From positions 10,249 to 50,151 of the forward strand of contig JAVHYH010000001.1 in assembly GCA_031119155.1 (NCBI GenBank): a stretch of DNA of 39,903 nucleotides. The letters are read 5' to 3'. The notes beneath the pieces are model-generated. The model made no database searches. It saw only the letters and a program-made list of their open reading frames with translations, and was not told the origin of the DNA. Numbering within the stretch: the first letter of the stretch is position 1; the number at the start of each line of letters is the position of its first letter. This DNA is from Brevundimonas sp. GTDB lineage: Bacteria; Pseudomonadota; Alphaproteobacteria; Caulobacterales; Caulobacteraceae. The position numbers and the translations under genes were made by a program. Shown here in pieces: positions 7,346 through 15,907 of this stretch.

Positions 7346-10198
7346 GTGAGCGCAGCCGCGCCGTGGAGCGTGAAGGGGATAGACCCCAAGGCTCGCGAGA
7401 TCGCCAAGGACCTTGCGCGCCGTTCAGGCATGACGCTCGGCGAATGGCTGAACTCGATGATCATGGAAGATGGCGACGAGGACGAGGGCTATACGCCCCT
7501 GCCGCGCCGTCCCCATGTGGCCGACATGTTTGAGCGCCGCGGCCGCAGCCGCCGGCTGGACGACGCCTATGGTGCGGACGAGGATGCGCATCGTCTGAGC
7601 GCATCGATTGACGCCATCGCCGCCCGTCTTGAGGCCGCCGAGCGTCGCTCGACCGTCGCCATCCAGGGCGTGGACCAGGCCGTCGCCGGTCTGGTGCGCC
7701 GTCTCGAGGCCGCCGATCAGGACGGCCGTCAGCACGGCCGCCGCATCGACGACATCGCCGAGGAGCTGCGCGAGGGCCATCGCCGCCTGCGCAAATTCGA
7801 ACAGGAAACCGGCCCCAAGACGGCCGAGACCTTCGGCAAGGTCGAGACCGGCCTCGGCGCGCTCGCCGGCCGCCTGTACGATATCGAGGAACGCCAGCGC
7901 ACGGGCGTGAACGAGCTGCGCCAGCGCATGGAGACGGTCGAGAAGCTGGCCGGTCCAGGTGCCGGTTCGGATTTGCTGGCCCAGGTCGGCGCCCGTCTGG
8001 ATCAGGCCCAGTCCCGGACGACCGAGGCCCTGCGCGGTCTGGAACGCTCCTTCGCCCATCTGGACGAGCGCCTGCGCGCCGCCGAGAGCCGGGTCGAGCC
8101 TGCCGGCGACCGCGAGGCCGCCCGCTTCGAGAAGCTGGCCGAGACGCTGAGCCGTCAGGTCGAGGCCAACCGCACCGAGATGATGCGGCGGCTCGACACC
8201 GCCCAATCCGAGAACCGCATGGATCGCATCGAGCGGGCCGTGCTGGCGCTGGGCGAACAGCTCAAGACCTCCGAGACCCGCTCCGCCGGCGCCGTCGAGG
8301 CGATGGGCCGCGAGGTCCTGCGCATCGCCGAGAACCTGAACGGTCGGGTCGGTCGGGTCGAGACCGGCGTGGACGCCAAGGTCGCCGCGCTGGGCCAGAG
8401 CCTGACGCGCAAGATCGACGACGACATGGGCCGTCTGGCCCAGGGTCTCCAGCAGGGCATTGATCAACGCCTGACCGCCGCCGACGACCGCCACGCCCTG
8501 GCGCTCGAAAAGCTGGGGGGCGAGATCACTCGCATCTCCGACCGTCTGAGCGAGCGCATCGCCCAGTCAGAGCGCCGTTCGCAGCAGGCGCTGGACGATA
8601 TCGGCCGCCGTCTGGCCGACAGCTCCAGCCGGATCGAGCAGCGCTACGACCGCGCCTCGGGCGAACTGGCCGAGCGCATGCGCCTGTCGGAAGAGCGCAC
8701 CGCCTCCCTGATCGCCGAAGCGCGCGAGAACATCGAGCGGCGCGCCGAGACCCGGCCCGAGCCGACCCCCGCTCCGGTGGTCGCGCCCGAGCCGGCCGCG
8801 GCCTCCGCGGTGGCGGACATCCAGCCGGACTGGCGCGCCGCCGCCTTCCCGGACGCGGCCTTCCCCGATGCGCCCTTCCAGGGCCAGACCTTCGAGGATC
8901 CGGATCCGGTCTATACCGAGCAGCAGGCCTGGTCCGCCGATCTGGCGCCCCCGGAGCCTGAACCCGAGCCGATCCATGAGCCGGAAGACGGCCGGCAGGT
9001 CCTGACGGCCGACGCCGTCTTCGACGCCGTCCTGCGCGGTCCGCGCACGGCGCCGGAACCGTCCTCGACGCCCTTCGGCAGCCGAGAGGCCGCGGCCGAA
9101 CCCTACGCCGGCTCGCTGGCGGACGAGATTGATGCGCCGGTGACGCCGGTGTTCACGCCCCCGCCCGCGGCGTCCGCCTCGCCCTTCGGCCAGAGCTTCG
9201 GCGGCGCGGACGTGTCCGACGCCCTGGCGGCCACCGCTCCGGACAGCTTCGACGCCGGTCCGGACGACTTCGACGGCGAGACTGATTTCGTCGATCCGCG
9301 CGCCCTTCGCGCCGCGGCCGCCCAAGGCCGGGCCAGCTCGACCCGTCAGGCCATCGACGCCGCCCGCGCGGCCATGTCCGAAGCCGACGAGGCTCCGGCG
9401 CGCACCGGCTTCGGCCTGAAGCGCGGCGGCAAGTCGCGACTGCAGGAGCGTCTGGACAAGCAGGCCTCGAAACAGGGCAGCGCGGTCCGCAAGGCTCTGG
9501 GCGCCTCGGCCGTGGCCGTGGTCCTGACCGCCACGGGCGCTGTGGCCTTCAACGAGCTGACCGATTCAGGCATCCAGATCCCGGGCCTGCCGGGGGCGCA
9601 GCCCGCCGCGCCGGTCGCCGCCCTGGCCTCGACGCCGGTGGAGGCCTCGCCGGCGGATCGCGCCCGCGCCGCCGATCTGTACCAGCAGGCCATCATCAAG
9701 CTGGAGGCCGACGACGCCACCGGTCTGGACGCCCTGAAAGAGTCCGCCGAGCTGGGTTACGCCCCGGCGCAGCTGCAACAGGCAGGCCTGTATCACGACG
9801 GCGGCAAGGGCGTGACGGTCGATCTGGTGGAAGCGCGCAAGTGGACGAAGCGCGCAGCTGAGGCCGGTAACCCACGCGGCATGCACAACTACGGCATGTA
9901 TTTGATGCGGGGCACTGGTGGCCCGGCGAGCACCTATGAGGCCATGAACTGGCTCACGAAGGCCGCCGAAGCCGGCTTGGTCGACAGCCAGTTCAATATC
10001 GCCCAGCTCTACGAGACCGGTCAGGCCGGCGTCCGCGTGGATATGGTCGAGGCCTACCGCTGGTATCTGGTCGCCGCCCGCGCGGGCGACGCCGGCGCCC
10101 AGGAGGCCGTGGATCGCCTGCGCACCGTCCTGTCGGTCGCCGACCGCGGCAAGGCCCGCGCCGAGGCGGATCGCTTCACGGCCGACCCCGTCAGCTGA
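7346..10198 (+). CDS. podJ: Polar organelle development protein PodJ
   Basis: N-terminal PWSVKGIDPKAREIAKDLARRSGMTLGEWLN, long coiled coil, acidic Pro-rich disordered region, single TM, Sel1-like repeats. Confidence 0.95.
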   Translation: MSAAAPWSVKGIDPKAREIAKDLARRSGMTLGEWLNSMIMEDGDEDEGYTPLPRRPHVADMFERRGRSRRLDDAYGADEDAHRLSASIDAIAARLEAAERRSTVAIQGVDQAVAGLVRRLEAADQDGRQHGRRIDDIAEELREGHRRLRKFEQETGPKTAETFGKVETGLGALAGRLYDIEERQRTGVNELRQRMETVEKLAGPGAGSDLLAQVGARLDQAQSRTTEALRGLERSFAHLDERLRAAESRVEPAGDREAARFEKLAETLSRQVEANRTEMMRRLDTAQSENRMDRIERAVLALGEQLKTSETRSAGAVEAMGREVLRIAENLNGRVGRVETGVDAKVAALGQSLTRKIDDDMGRLAQGLQQGIDQRLTAADDRHALALEKLGGEITRISDRLSERIAQSERRSQQALDDIGRRLADSSSRIEQRYDRASGELAERMRLSEERTASLIAEARENIERRAETRPEPTPAPVVAPEPAAASAVADIQPDWRAAAFPDAAFPDAPFQGQTFEDPDPVYTEQQAWSADLAPPEPEPEPIHEPEDGRQVLTADAVFDAVLRGPRTAPEPSSTPFGSREAAAEPYAGSLADEIDAPVTPVFTPPPAASASPFGQSFGGADVSDALAATAPDSFDAGPDDFDGETDFVDPRALRAAAAQGRASSTRQAIDAARAAMSEADEAPARTGFGLKRGGKSRLQERLDKQASKQGSAVRKALGASAVAVVLTATGAVAFNELTDSGIQIPGLPGAQPAAPVAALASTPVEASPADRARAADLYQQAIIKLEADDATGLDALKESAELGYAPAQLQQAGLYHDGGKGVTVDLVEARKWTKRAAEAGNPRGMHNYGMYLMRGTGGPASTYEAMNWLTKAAEAGLVDSQFNIAQLYETGQAGVRVDMVEAYRWYLVAARAGDAGAQEAVDRLRTVLSVADRGKARAEADRFTADPVS

Positions 10199-10313
10199 CG
10201 CGATCAGACTCCTTTTGAGCGCACCGGGTTGCACCAGCGGCCCGGGGCGTTCAGGACAGTTCCACCGTCGCCTTTCGGGCGTTTGACCTCAGTTCCAGCC
10301 GAAGGCGCGTCCT

Positions 10314-11237
10314 TTGGATATCTATCTGCCGATCGCCGAGGTTTCGGTGAACTGGCCGCTCCTGGTTCTGCTGGGCGCGACGGTCGGATTCGTGTCCGGG
10401 CTGTTTGGCATCGGCGGGGGCTTCCTGATGGCTCCCATCCTGATCTTCCTCGGCATTCCGCCCTCGGTGGCTGTCGCCAGTCAAGCCAGCCACGTCGTCG
10501 CCTCCTCGACCTCGGGCGTGATCCACTACACCTCGCAGAAGCAGGTCGATTACAAGATCGGGGGCATCATGGCCCTCGGCGGGGTGCTGGGCGCCTTCGC
10601 CGGGGTCGAGCTGTTCCGCTACCTGCGTCTGCTCGGTCAGGCGGATCTGGTGGTCGCCCTGTCCTACCTGCTGTTCCTCGGCTCCATCGGCGCCCTGATG
10701 CTGCACGAGAGCCTCGGCCAGATCCTGCGTCGGGTCCGGGGCGAGGTGACGCCGCACAAGGAACGCCGTCGGCCCCTGTGGCTCTATGGCCTGCCGCTGC
10801 GCATGAAGTTCCCGCGCTCGGGCCTCTACATCAGCGCCATTCCGCCGTTCGCGCTCGGATCGTTCGTCGGCGTCCTGTCGGCCATCATGGGCGTCGGCGG
10901 CGGCTTCATCCTGGTCCCGGCCATGCTCTATGTGCTGCGGATGAAGGCCAGCGTGGTGGTCGGCACCAGCCTGTTCCAGATCATCATCACCACGGCGATC
11001 ACCACCATCCTGCAGTCGGGCCGCAACCAGACGGTGGATATCGTCCTGTCGACCATCCTGCTGCTGGGCGGCGTGGTCGGGGCCCAGTACGGCGCGCGCC
11101 TGTCTGGCCGGTTCCGCGCCGAAGAGTTGCGGGCGATCCTGGCCATCATCGTCCTGCTGGTCGGCATCTATATGGGGCTGGAACTGTTCGTCCGGCCGTC
11201 CGATCTGTTCAGCTTTGCTCCGGGAGTTGCGCAATGA
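10314..11237 (+). CDS. TauE/SafE (TSUP) family transporter
   Basis: MDIYLPIAE start (TTG); GLFGIGGGFLMAP and AIMGVGGGFILVP repeats; multiple TM segments. Confidence 0.92.
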   Translation: MDIYLPIAEVSVNWPLLVLLGATVGFVSGLFGIGGGFLMAPILIFLGIPPSVAVASQASHVVASSTSGVIHYTSQKQVDYKIGGIMALGGVLGAFAGVELFRYLRLLGQADLVVALSYLLFLGSIGALMLHESLGQILRRVRGEVTPHKERRRPLWLYGLPLRMKFPRSGLYISAIPPFALGSFVGVLSAIMGVGGGFILVPAMLYVLRMKASVVVGTSLFQIIITTAITTILQSGRNQTVDIVLSTILLLGGVVGAQYGARLSGRFRAEELRAILAIIVLLVGIYMGLELFVRPSDLFSFAPGVAQ

Positions 11238-12040
11238 TGCAGCTGCCGCCTCCACCCCCCGCCGTCGAGGCCCCGGCGCCCGAGCGTTCGCTCGGCACGA
11301 CCGAGCAGGTCCGCGTCGCCGCCGCCATGACCGATGCGCGGGTGATGGTCGATTCCAGCTTCCGCGGCGCCTCCATCGTCCTGTACGGCGCGGTCTTCAA
11401 TCCGACCGACATCCCCGCCGATGTGGTGGTGGTTGTCCGGGGGCCGGACGGTCCGGTTCGTCTGGTCAAGAAGACGCGCAACACGGGCGTCTGGCTGAAC
11501 AGCCGTCCCGTCCTGTTCGAGGGCGCGCCCGGCTTCTACATGACGGCCTCGACCCGGCCCCTGTCGGACATCGCCGACTTCGGTCAGTTGCGTCGTCTGG
11601 GCGTCGGGGTGGATCACCTGCGCATCGCCGCGCCGGAGGAAAGCCGGACGGTCACCCGCTACGGCGTCCGCGATGTCGTCGTCAGCCGTATCGGCGAGGA
11701 CTATCTGGACTACCGCCGCGCGGTGATCCGCCTGCGCGAGGCGGCGGCCCTGTACAACAGCGATCCCGCGGGGGTGAAGTTCGTCGATCGCGGCCTGTTC
11801 CGCGCCGAGGTCGAACTGCCCGCCGTCGCCCCGACCGGCCAGTACTTCGCCGAGGTCTGGCTGTTCCAGGAGGGCGAGCCGGTCTCGGTCAGCAACCTGA
11901 CCCTGACCGTCGAAAAGGTCGGCTTCGAACGCGACATCTTCGAGTTCGCTCACCGCCGCCCGTGGACCTACGGCGTCCTGTGCGTCCTGCTGGCGATGTT
12001 CACCGGCTGGGCGGCCAGCCGGATCTTCAGGCGGAACTGA
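11234..12040 (+). CDS. TIGR02186-family membrane protein
   Basis: SSFRGASIVLYGA, VVVVRGP, GVWLN, LFRAEVELPA..PTG.Y, VEKVGFER plus C-terminal TM; ATGA overlap with TSUP gene, its usual partner. Confidence 0.88.
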   Translation: MMQLPPPPPAVEAPAPERSLGTTEQVRVAAAMTDARVMVDSSFRGASIVLYGAVFNPTDIPADVVVVVRGPDGPVRLVKKTRNTGVWLNSRPVLFEGAPGFYMTASTRPLSDIADFGQLRRLGVGVDHLRIAAPEESRTVTRYGVRDVVVSRIGEDYLDYRRAVIRLREAAALYNSDPAGVKFVDRGLFRAEVELPAVAPTGQYFAEVWLFQEGEPVSVSNLTLTVEKVGFERDIFEFAHRRPWTYGVLCVLLAMFTGWAASRIFRRN

Positions 12041-12495
12041 TGACCACCTTGGCTGACTTTATCCGCCTGTGGACCCACCCCGACTATCCGCCTGACCGGG
12101 TCGCGGAGGCGGATATGCGGCGGGCCGAGCAACGGTTCGGCATCGTCTTCCCCGCCGCTTACCGGCAAGCCGTTCTGGCGCATGGCGCGCCCGCGCCGAC
12201 ACTCGCCCTGCTTAACAGCATCGTCGAAAACGAAATCGATATCGAGGATGTGTCCGAGTTCTTCGTTCCGGACGACGTCATCTCGGCGACCGAGGACTGG
12301 CGCGGGATGGGGTTGCCCGGTACGCTCGTGGCCTTCGCGGGGGACTCCATGGGCAACCTGTTCGCCTTTGACCAAGGCGGCGCCCCGAGCGTCTGGTTCT
12401 TCAATCACGACAGCGGAGACGTCCGGAGGGTGGCCGACTCCTTCGAGGACTGGCTGGCGCGTTACTGTGCGCTTCCGCCCGCCGCGATCGATTGA
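12040..12495 (+). CDS. SMI1/KNR4 (SUKH) family protein
   Basis: AEQRFGIVFPAAYRQAVLAHG, VAFAGDSMGNLFAFD, VWFFNHD, VADSFEDWL; TGATG overlap with upstream gene. Confidence 0.85.
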   Translation: MTTLADFIRLWTHPDYPPDRVAEADMRRAEQRFGIVFPAAYRQAVLAHGAPAPTLALLNSIVENEIDIEDVSEFFVPDDVISATEDWRGMGLPGTLVAFAGDSMGNLFAFDQGGAPSVWFFNHDSGDVRRVADSFEDWLARYCALPPAAID

Positions 12496-13584
12496 TCAAC
12501 TCGCCGCGAACTCGCTCAGCGCATCGAGGACCGCGCGGTTCTGGTCTTCGGTGCCGATGGTGATGCGCAGGCATTCCGGGAGGCCGTAGCCGCCGACCGG
12601 ACGCACGATGATCCCCTTGGTGTGCAGGTAATCATTGGCGGCGGCGGCCTTGGCGGCGTCGGCGAAGCGGACCAGCACGAAATTCCCCACGCTGGGCAGG
12701 ACGTCGAAGCCGAAGCCCTTGATCGCCTGCGTCAGGCGCGGACGCCAGGTCTCGACCAACTCGAGCGAGGCCTTCTGGTGCGCCTCGTCCGACAGGGCGG
12801 CGACGGCGGCGTCCAGGCCGGCCACCGAAACGTTGAACGGCAGGCGGATGCGATCAACCGCCTCGGCCACCTTCAGTGGGGCATAGCCGAAGCCGATGCG
12901 CAGGCCGCCGAGGCCGTGGATCTTGGAGAAGGTGCGGGTGACGACGATGTTCTCGGCGTCCTTCGCCAGCGGGAAGCTGGTCTCCCAGTCGGGGGCGGTG
13001 ACGAACTCGGCATAGGCCTCGTCGATGACCAGCAGGATGTGGGGCGGCAGGGCGGCGTGGAGACGGCGGGTCTCCTCGGCGGTGTTGTAGCTGCCGGTCG
13101 GGTTCGACGGGCTGGAGATGTAGACGATCTTCGTCCGCTCATCGACCTGCTCGAGGATGGCGTCCACCTCGGCCTTGAAGCCCGGCTCGGGGGCCAGCTT
13201 GACCGAAGCCTGATTGGCCAGGGCCGAAATGCGATAGGCGAGGAAGCCGTACTGGCCGGTGACGATGTTGTCGCCGGGCTGCAGATAGGTCTGGTTCAGC
13301 AGGGCGAAGACCTCGTCCGAGCCGTTGCCGAAGATCAGACGATCCGCTTCCAGACCGTGATGCTCGGCCACCGCATCGCGCAGCTTGCCGGCCCGGCCGT
13401 CCGGATAGATGTGGATGTTGCCGACCGCGGCCGCATAGGCGTCGCGGGCCTTCTGGCCGGCGCCCAGGGCGTTCTCGTTCGAGGACAGCTTCATCGGCTC
13501 GGCCACGCCGTCGATCTTCGACTTGCCGCCGACATAGGGGGCGATGTCGAGGATGCCGGGCTTGGGCTGAAGGGCGTCGGTCAT
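12496..13584 (-). CDS. hisC: Histidinol-phosphate aminotransferase
   Basis: KLSSNENALG, YPDG, GNGSDE, PSNPTG, DEAYAEF, RTFSKIHGLGGLRIG, LRITIG; start MTDALQPKPG. Confidence 0.95.
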   Translation of the reverse strand: MTDALQPKPGILDIAPYVGGKSKIDGVAEPMKLSSNENALGAGQKARDAYAAAVGNIHIYPDGRAGKLRDAVAEHHGLEADRLIFGNGSDEVFALLNQTYLQPGDNIVTGQYGFLAYRISALANQASVKLAPEPGFKAEVDAILEQVDERTKIVYISSPSNPTGSYNTAEETRRLHAALPPHILLVIDEAYAEFVTAPDWETSFPLAKDAENIVVTRTFSKIHGLGGLRIGFGYAPLKVAEAVDRIRLPFNVSVAGLDAAVAALSDEAHQKASLELVETWRPRLTQAIKGFGFDVLPSVGNFVLVRFADAAKAAAANDYLHTKGIIVRPVGGYGLPECLRITIGTEDQNRAVLDALSEFAAS

Positions 13585-13592
13585 GCGGTCTC

Positions 13593-14276
13593 TCAGAAGA
13601 TCGGGGCGGCGCCGATGACGCCGGACAATTTGCCGGGCGCGCCGTTCAGCCGCCCGTCCTCGGCTTGCACATAGCCCGCCAGCACGAACAGCTTCAAGCC
13701 GCCCGCCTCCATCAGGGGGGTGGCGGCCAGCCCCGCGTCGGACAGGGCGTCCACAATCCGGCTGTCCGGCAGGGCGCTGTCGGTGGCCCAGAAGGTGCGG
13801 TCGTCGCCGGTCGGTCCGGGCTGGGTTTTCTGCACCAGCAGCGCGCGCGGCAGGCCGGATCCGTGGTCGGGCAGGGCGGCGACGACCCGCAGATCGGGCT
13901 CGGCCAGCAGACGGCCGAACCACGGGTTCGACGGCGTCAGGTCCATCAGCGCCCGCCCGCCTTCCCGCACCGCCTTCAGCGCCGCCTCGGGCTTGGCCGC
14001 CATCCGGGCCGACAGGCCGTAGCGATCCGCCGCCAGCACCTGCGACGCCGGCCCCCAGACGATCAGGCGCGGACCGGTCGCCGCGTCCAGTCGCCCCAGC
14101 ACCGAACGGGCGGCGGCGATCTCGGCGGGCTTCAGCCCCTTGAGCGCCTCCCTCAGCGCGATGGCGTCGGCGTCCACGGTCGGGCGTTGGCCGGCGGCCA
14201 GTCGCGCGCGCACGGCCTGCGTCAGGGCGCGGTCCAGCGCCAGACGCGCGGCGTCTTCGGGCGGGGCCTTCAGCAT
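13593..14276 (-). CDS. Chorismate mutase-like protein with degenerate N-terminal domain
   Basis: Directly upstream of hisC, like alphaproteobacterial chorismate-mutase-family genes; C-terminal part (LRVVAALP, PTGDDRTFW, LAGYVQAEDGRL, VIGAAP) resembles that family. Confidence 0.6.
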   Translation of the reverse strand: MLKAPPEDAARLALDRALTQAVRARLAAGQRPTVDADAIALREALKGLKPAEIAAARSVLGRLDAATGPRLIVWGPASQVLAADRYGLSARMAAKPEAALKAVREGGRALMDLTPSNPWFGRLLAEPDLRVVAALPDHGSGLPRALLVQKTQPGPTGDDRTFWATDSALPDSRIVDALSDAGLAATPLMEAGGLKLFVLAGYVQAEDGRLNGAPGKLSGVIGAAPIF

Positions 14277-15325
14277 CAGAACAGCTTCGGCGCGGGGGCC
14301 AGCGGGAACAGGCCCAGCAAGGTGCGCCCGTCGCGGAATTCCAGCACCAGCTCCACCGGCCGGTCGCCGTTGACGGCGGTGGCCGCCGCCGCGCCCACGG
14401 CTCCGGCGCGATTGACCGCCCCTGACTGTGACTGCGCCATACCGGAGACGACCGCGCCCGGCTTCTCGGCCGTTAGCGCCACGCGTCCGACCAGCCGACC
14501 GTCGCCATCCACCGTCAGCAGGTCGCTGGCCAGTCGGGCCCGGCTCTCGCCCGCGCCCAGCTCGCCGCGAATGGCGGTGAACTGACCGCCCGCGCGGGTC
14601 CAGTTGGAGAAGATGCCCGCGGCGTTCGCGCCCTTCAGCGCCCCGGCATGGGCGACGGTGCCCTCCAGCGCCAGGCTCAACTGCCCCTCCTGCGTCGCGC
14701 CTTCCACCGGGCCGCCCCGGCGTCCGCGCGCATCGACCAGATTGAACAGCACATCCATCTCGTCCGTGGTCGCCTCGCCCTCGGTCAGGTGCGGGCGGGT
14801 TTCCAGCTGGATGCGTTCGGCGGACGCGATGGGGAAGGGCTCGGCGCCCGGATGGGGCGTGAAGACGGCCCGGACCAGCTCGATCCGCAGGTCCGGGAAG
14901 CGCGCACGCAGATTGCTGACGCTGGCGCGCAGGGCCGGACCGCTGACGCCCACCTTGCCCTTGTCGGCGCGGGTCAGGGTCAGGCCATCAGGGGCGAGGA
15001 TCACCCAATGGTCGGGGTTCCAAGCGTTGGCCTCGGCGATGAACTCCGGCGCGGCGATCCCGTGGCCGGACGGCGCGAGGATGCTGGCGTGGGGGATCTC
15101 GACCCGCGCCCGGAACGGCCATCCGGTGGTGGTCACGTCCGCATGCTGGATGGTCCAGCCCTGGGCGCGCAGGGCCACGACCTGGGCCTCCAGCCGCGTC
15201 TCGATCTGCTGCGCCAGATAGAACCACCAGCCGGTCCAGGCGGCGAGGATGATCCCCACCAGCAGGAAGGGGCCGATGATCCCGCGGCGCGGGTGGCGGT
15301 AGGGCTTGTCGGAGGCGTTGCTCAT
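14276..15325 (-). CDS. DUF2125 domain protein
   Basis: N-terminal TM ending WTGWWFYLA, then GWPFR motif; beta-rich periplasmic body; TGATG-coupled to next gene. Confidence 0.8.
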   Translation of the reverse strand: MSNASDKPYRHPRRGIIGPFLLVGIILAAWTGWWFYLAQQIETRLEAQVVALRAQGWTIQHADVTTTGWPFRARVEIPHASILAPSGHGIAAPEFIAEANAWNPDHWVILAPDGLTLTRADKGKVGVSGPALRASVSNLRARFPDLRIELVRAVFTPHPGAEPFPIASAERIQLETRPHLTEGEATTDEMDVLFNLVDARGRRGGPVEGATQEGQLSLALEGTVAHAGALKGANAAGIFSNWTRAGGQFTAIRGELGAGESRARLASDLLTVDGDGRLVGRVALTAEKPGAVVSGMAQSQSGAVNRAGAVGAAAATAVNGDRPVELVLEFRDGRTLLGLFPLAPAPKLF

Positions 15326-15420
15326 TCAGGGTCCGTGAACTGGGGCCGAGAGGCTGAACGTCTGGGTGCGGCAAGGGTTGTATGCGGATGCTGCCAACCC
15401 CTGACAAGCGGATGCTTTAC

Positions 15421-15445
15421 GGAACGGCGGCTTCCGACGCCCGTT
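15421..15445 (+). promoter_or_regulatory. SigT/EcfG-type promoter
   Basis: GGAAC-N16-CGTT, 27 bp upstream of the VOC gene start. Confidence 0.7.
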
Positions 15446-15472
15446 CGGCTGTCGTCATCGAGGAAAGAGCTG

Positions 15473-15907
15473 ATGGAAACCCAGTCCCTGCATCGCGGCC
15501 GCCTGATCGACCACATCCAGTTGGTCGTCGCGGACCTTCCGGCGTCCCGGCGCTTCTACGATGCGGTGTTCGCGACTCTCGGCATTCCGCTGGGCGGCGA
15601 GGCAGAAAGCTATTTCTGGGTGGATGAGCTGTTCGTCTCCAGCGCCGACAGCGAGGCGGCGACCGGCAAGCTGACGGGCCGGCACCATCTGGCCTTCCAG
15701 GCCGGCGACCGCGCCATGGTCGAGGCCTTCCACAAGGCCGGGTTGGCGGCGGGCGGCACCGACAACGGGGCGCCGGGCGAGCGGCCATACCATCCAGGCT
15801 ACTACGCCGCCTTCCTGCTGGACCCCGACGGCAACAACATCGAGGCGGTGTTCCACGGCGAGGCCCGTCGCTCGGCGCCCAGCGTCGAGATCAATTTCGA
15901 GGCCTAA
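15473..15907 (+). CDS. VOC/glyoxalase family protein
   Basis: IDHIQLVVADLPASRRFYDAV, HLAFQA, DNGAPGERPYHPGYYAAFLLDPDGNNIEAV; SD GAGGA. Confidence 0.9.
   Translation: METQSLHRGRLIDHIQLVVADLPASRRFYDAVFATLGIPLGGEAESYFWVDELFVSSADSEAATGKLTGRHHLAFQAGDRAMVEAFHKAGLAAGGTDNGAPGERPYHPGYYAAFLLDPDGNNIEAVFHGEARRSAPSVEINFEA

Noticed and set aside
10229-12495. ORF-track 603-aa and 426-aa proteins suggesting large fusions
   Set aside because: The N-terminal extensions are off-frame readthrough over the upstream genes; real starts are at the coupled ATGs 11234 and 12040
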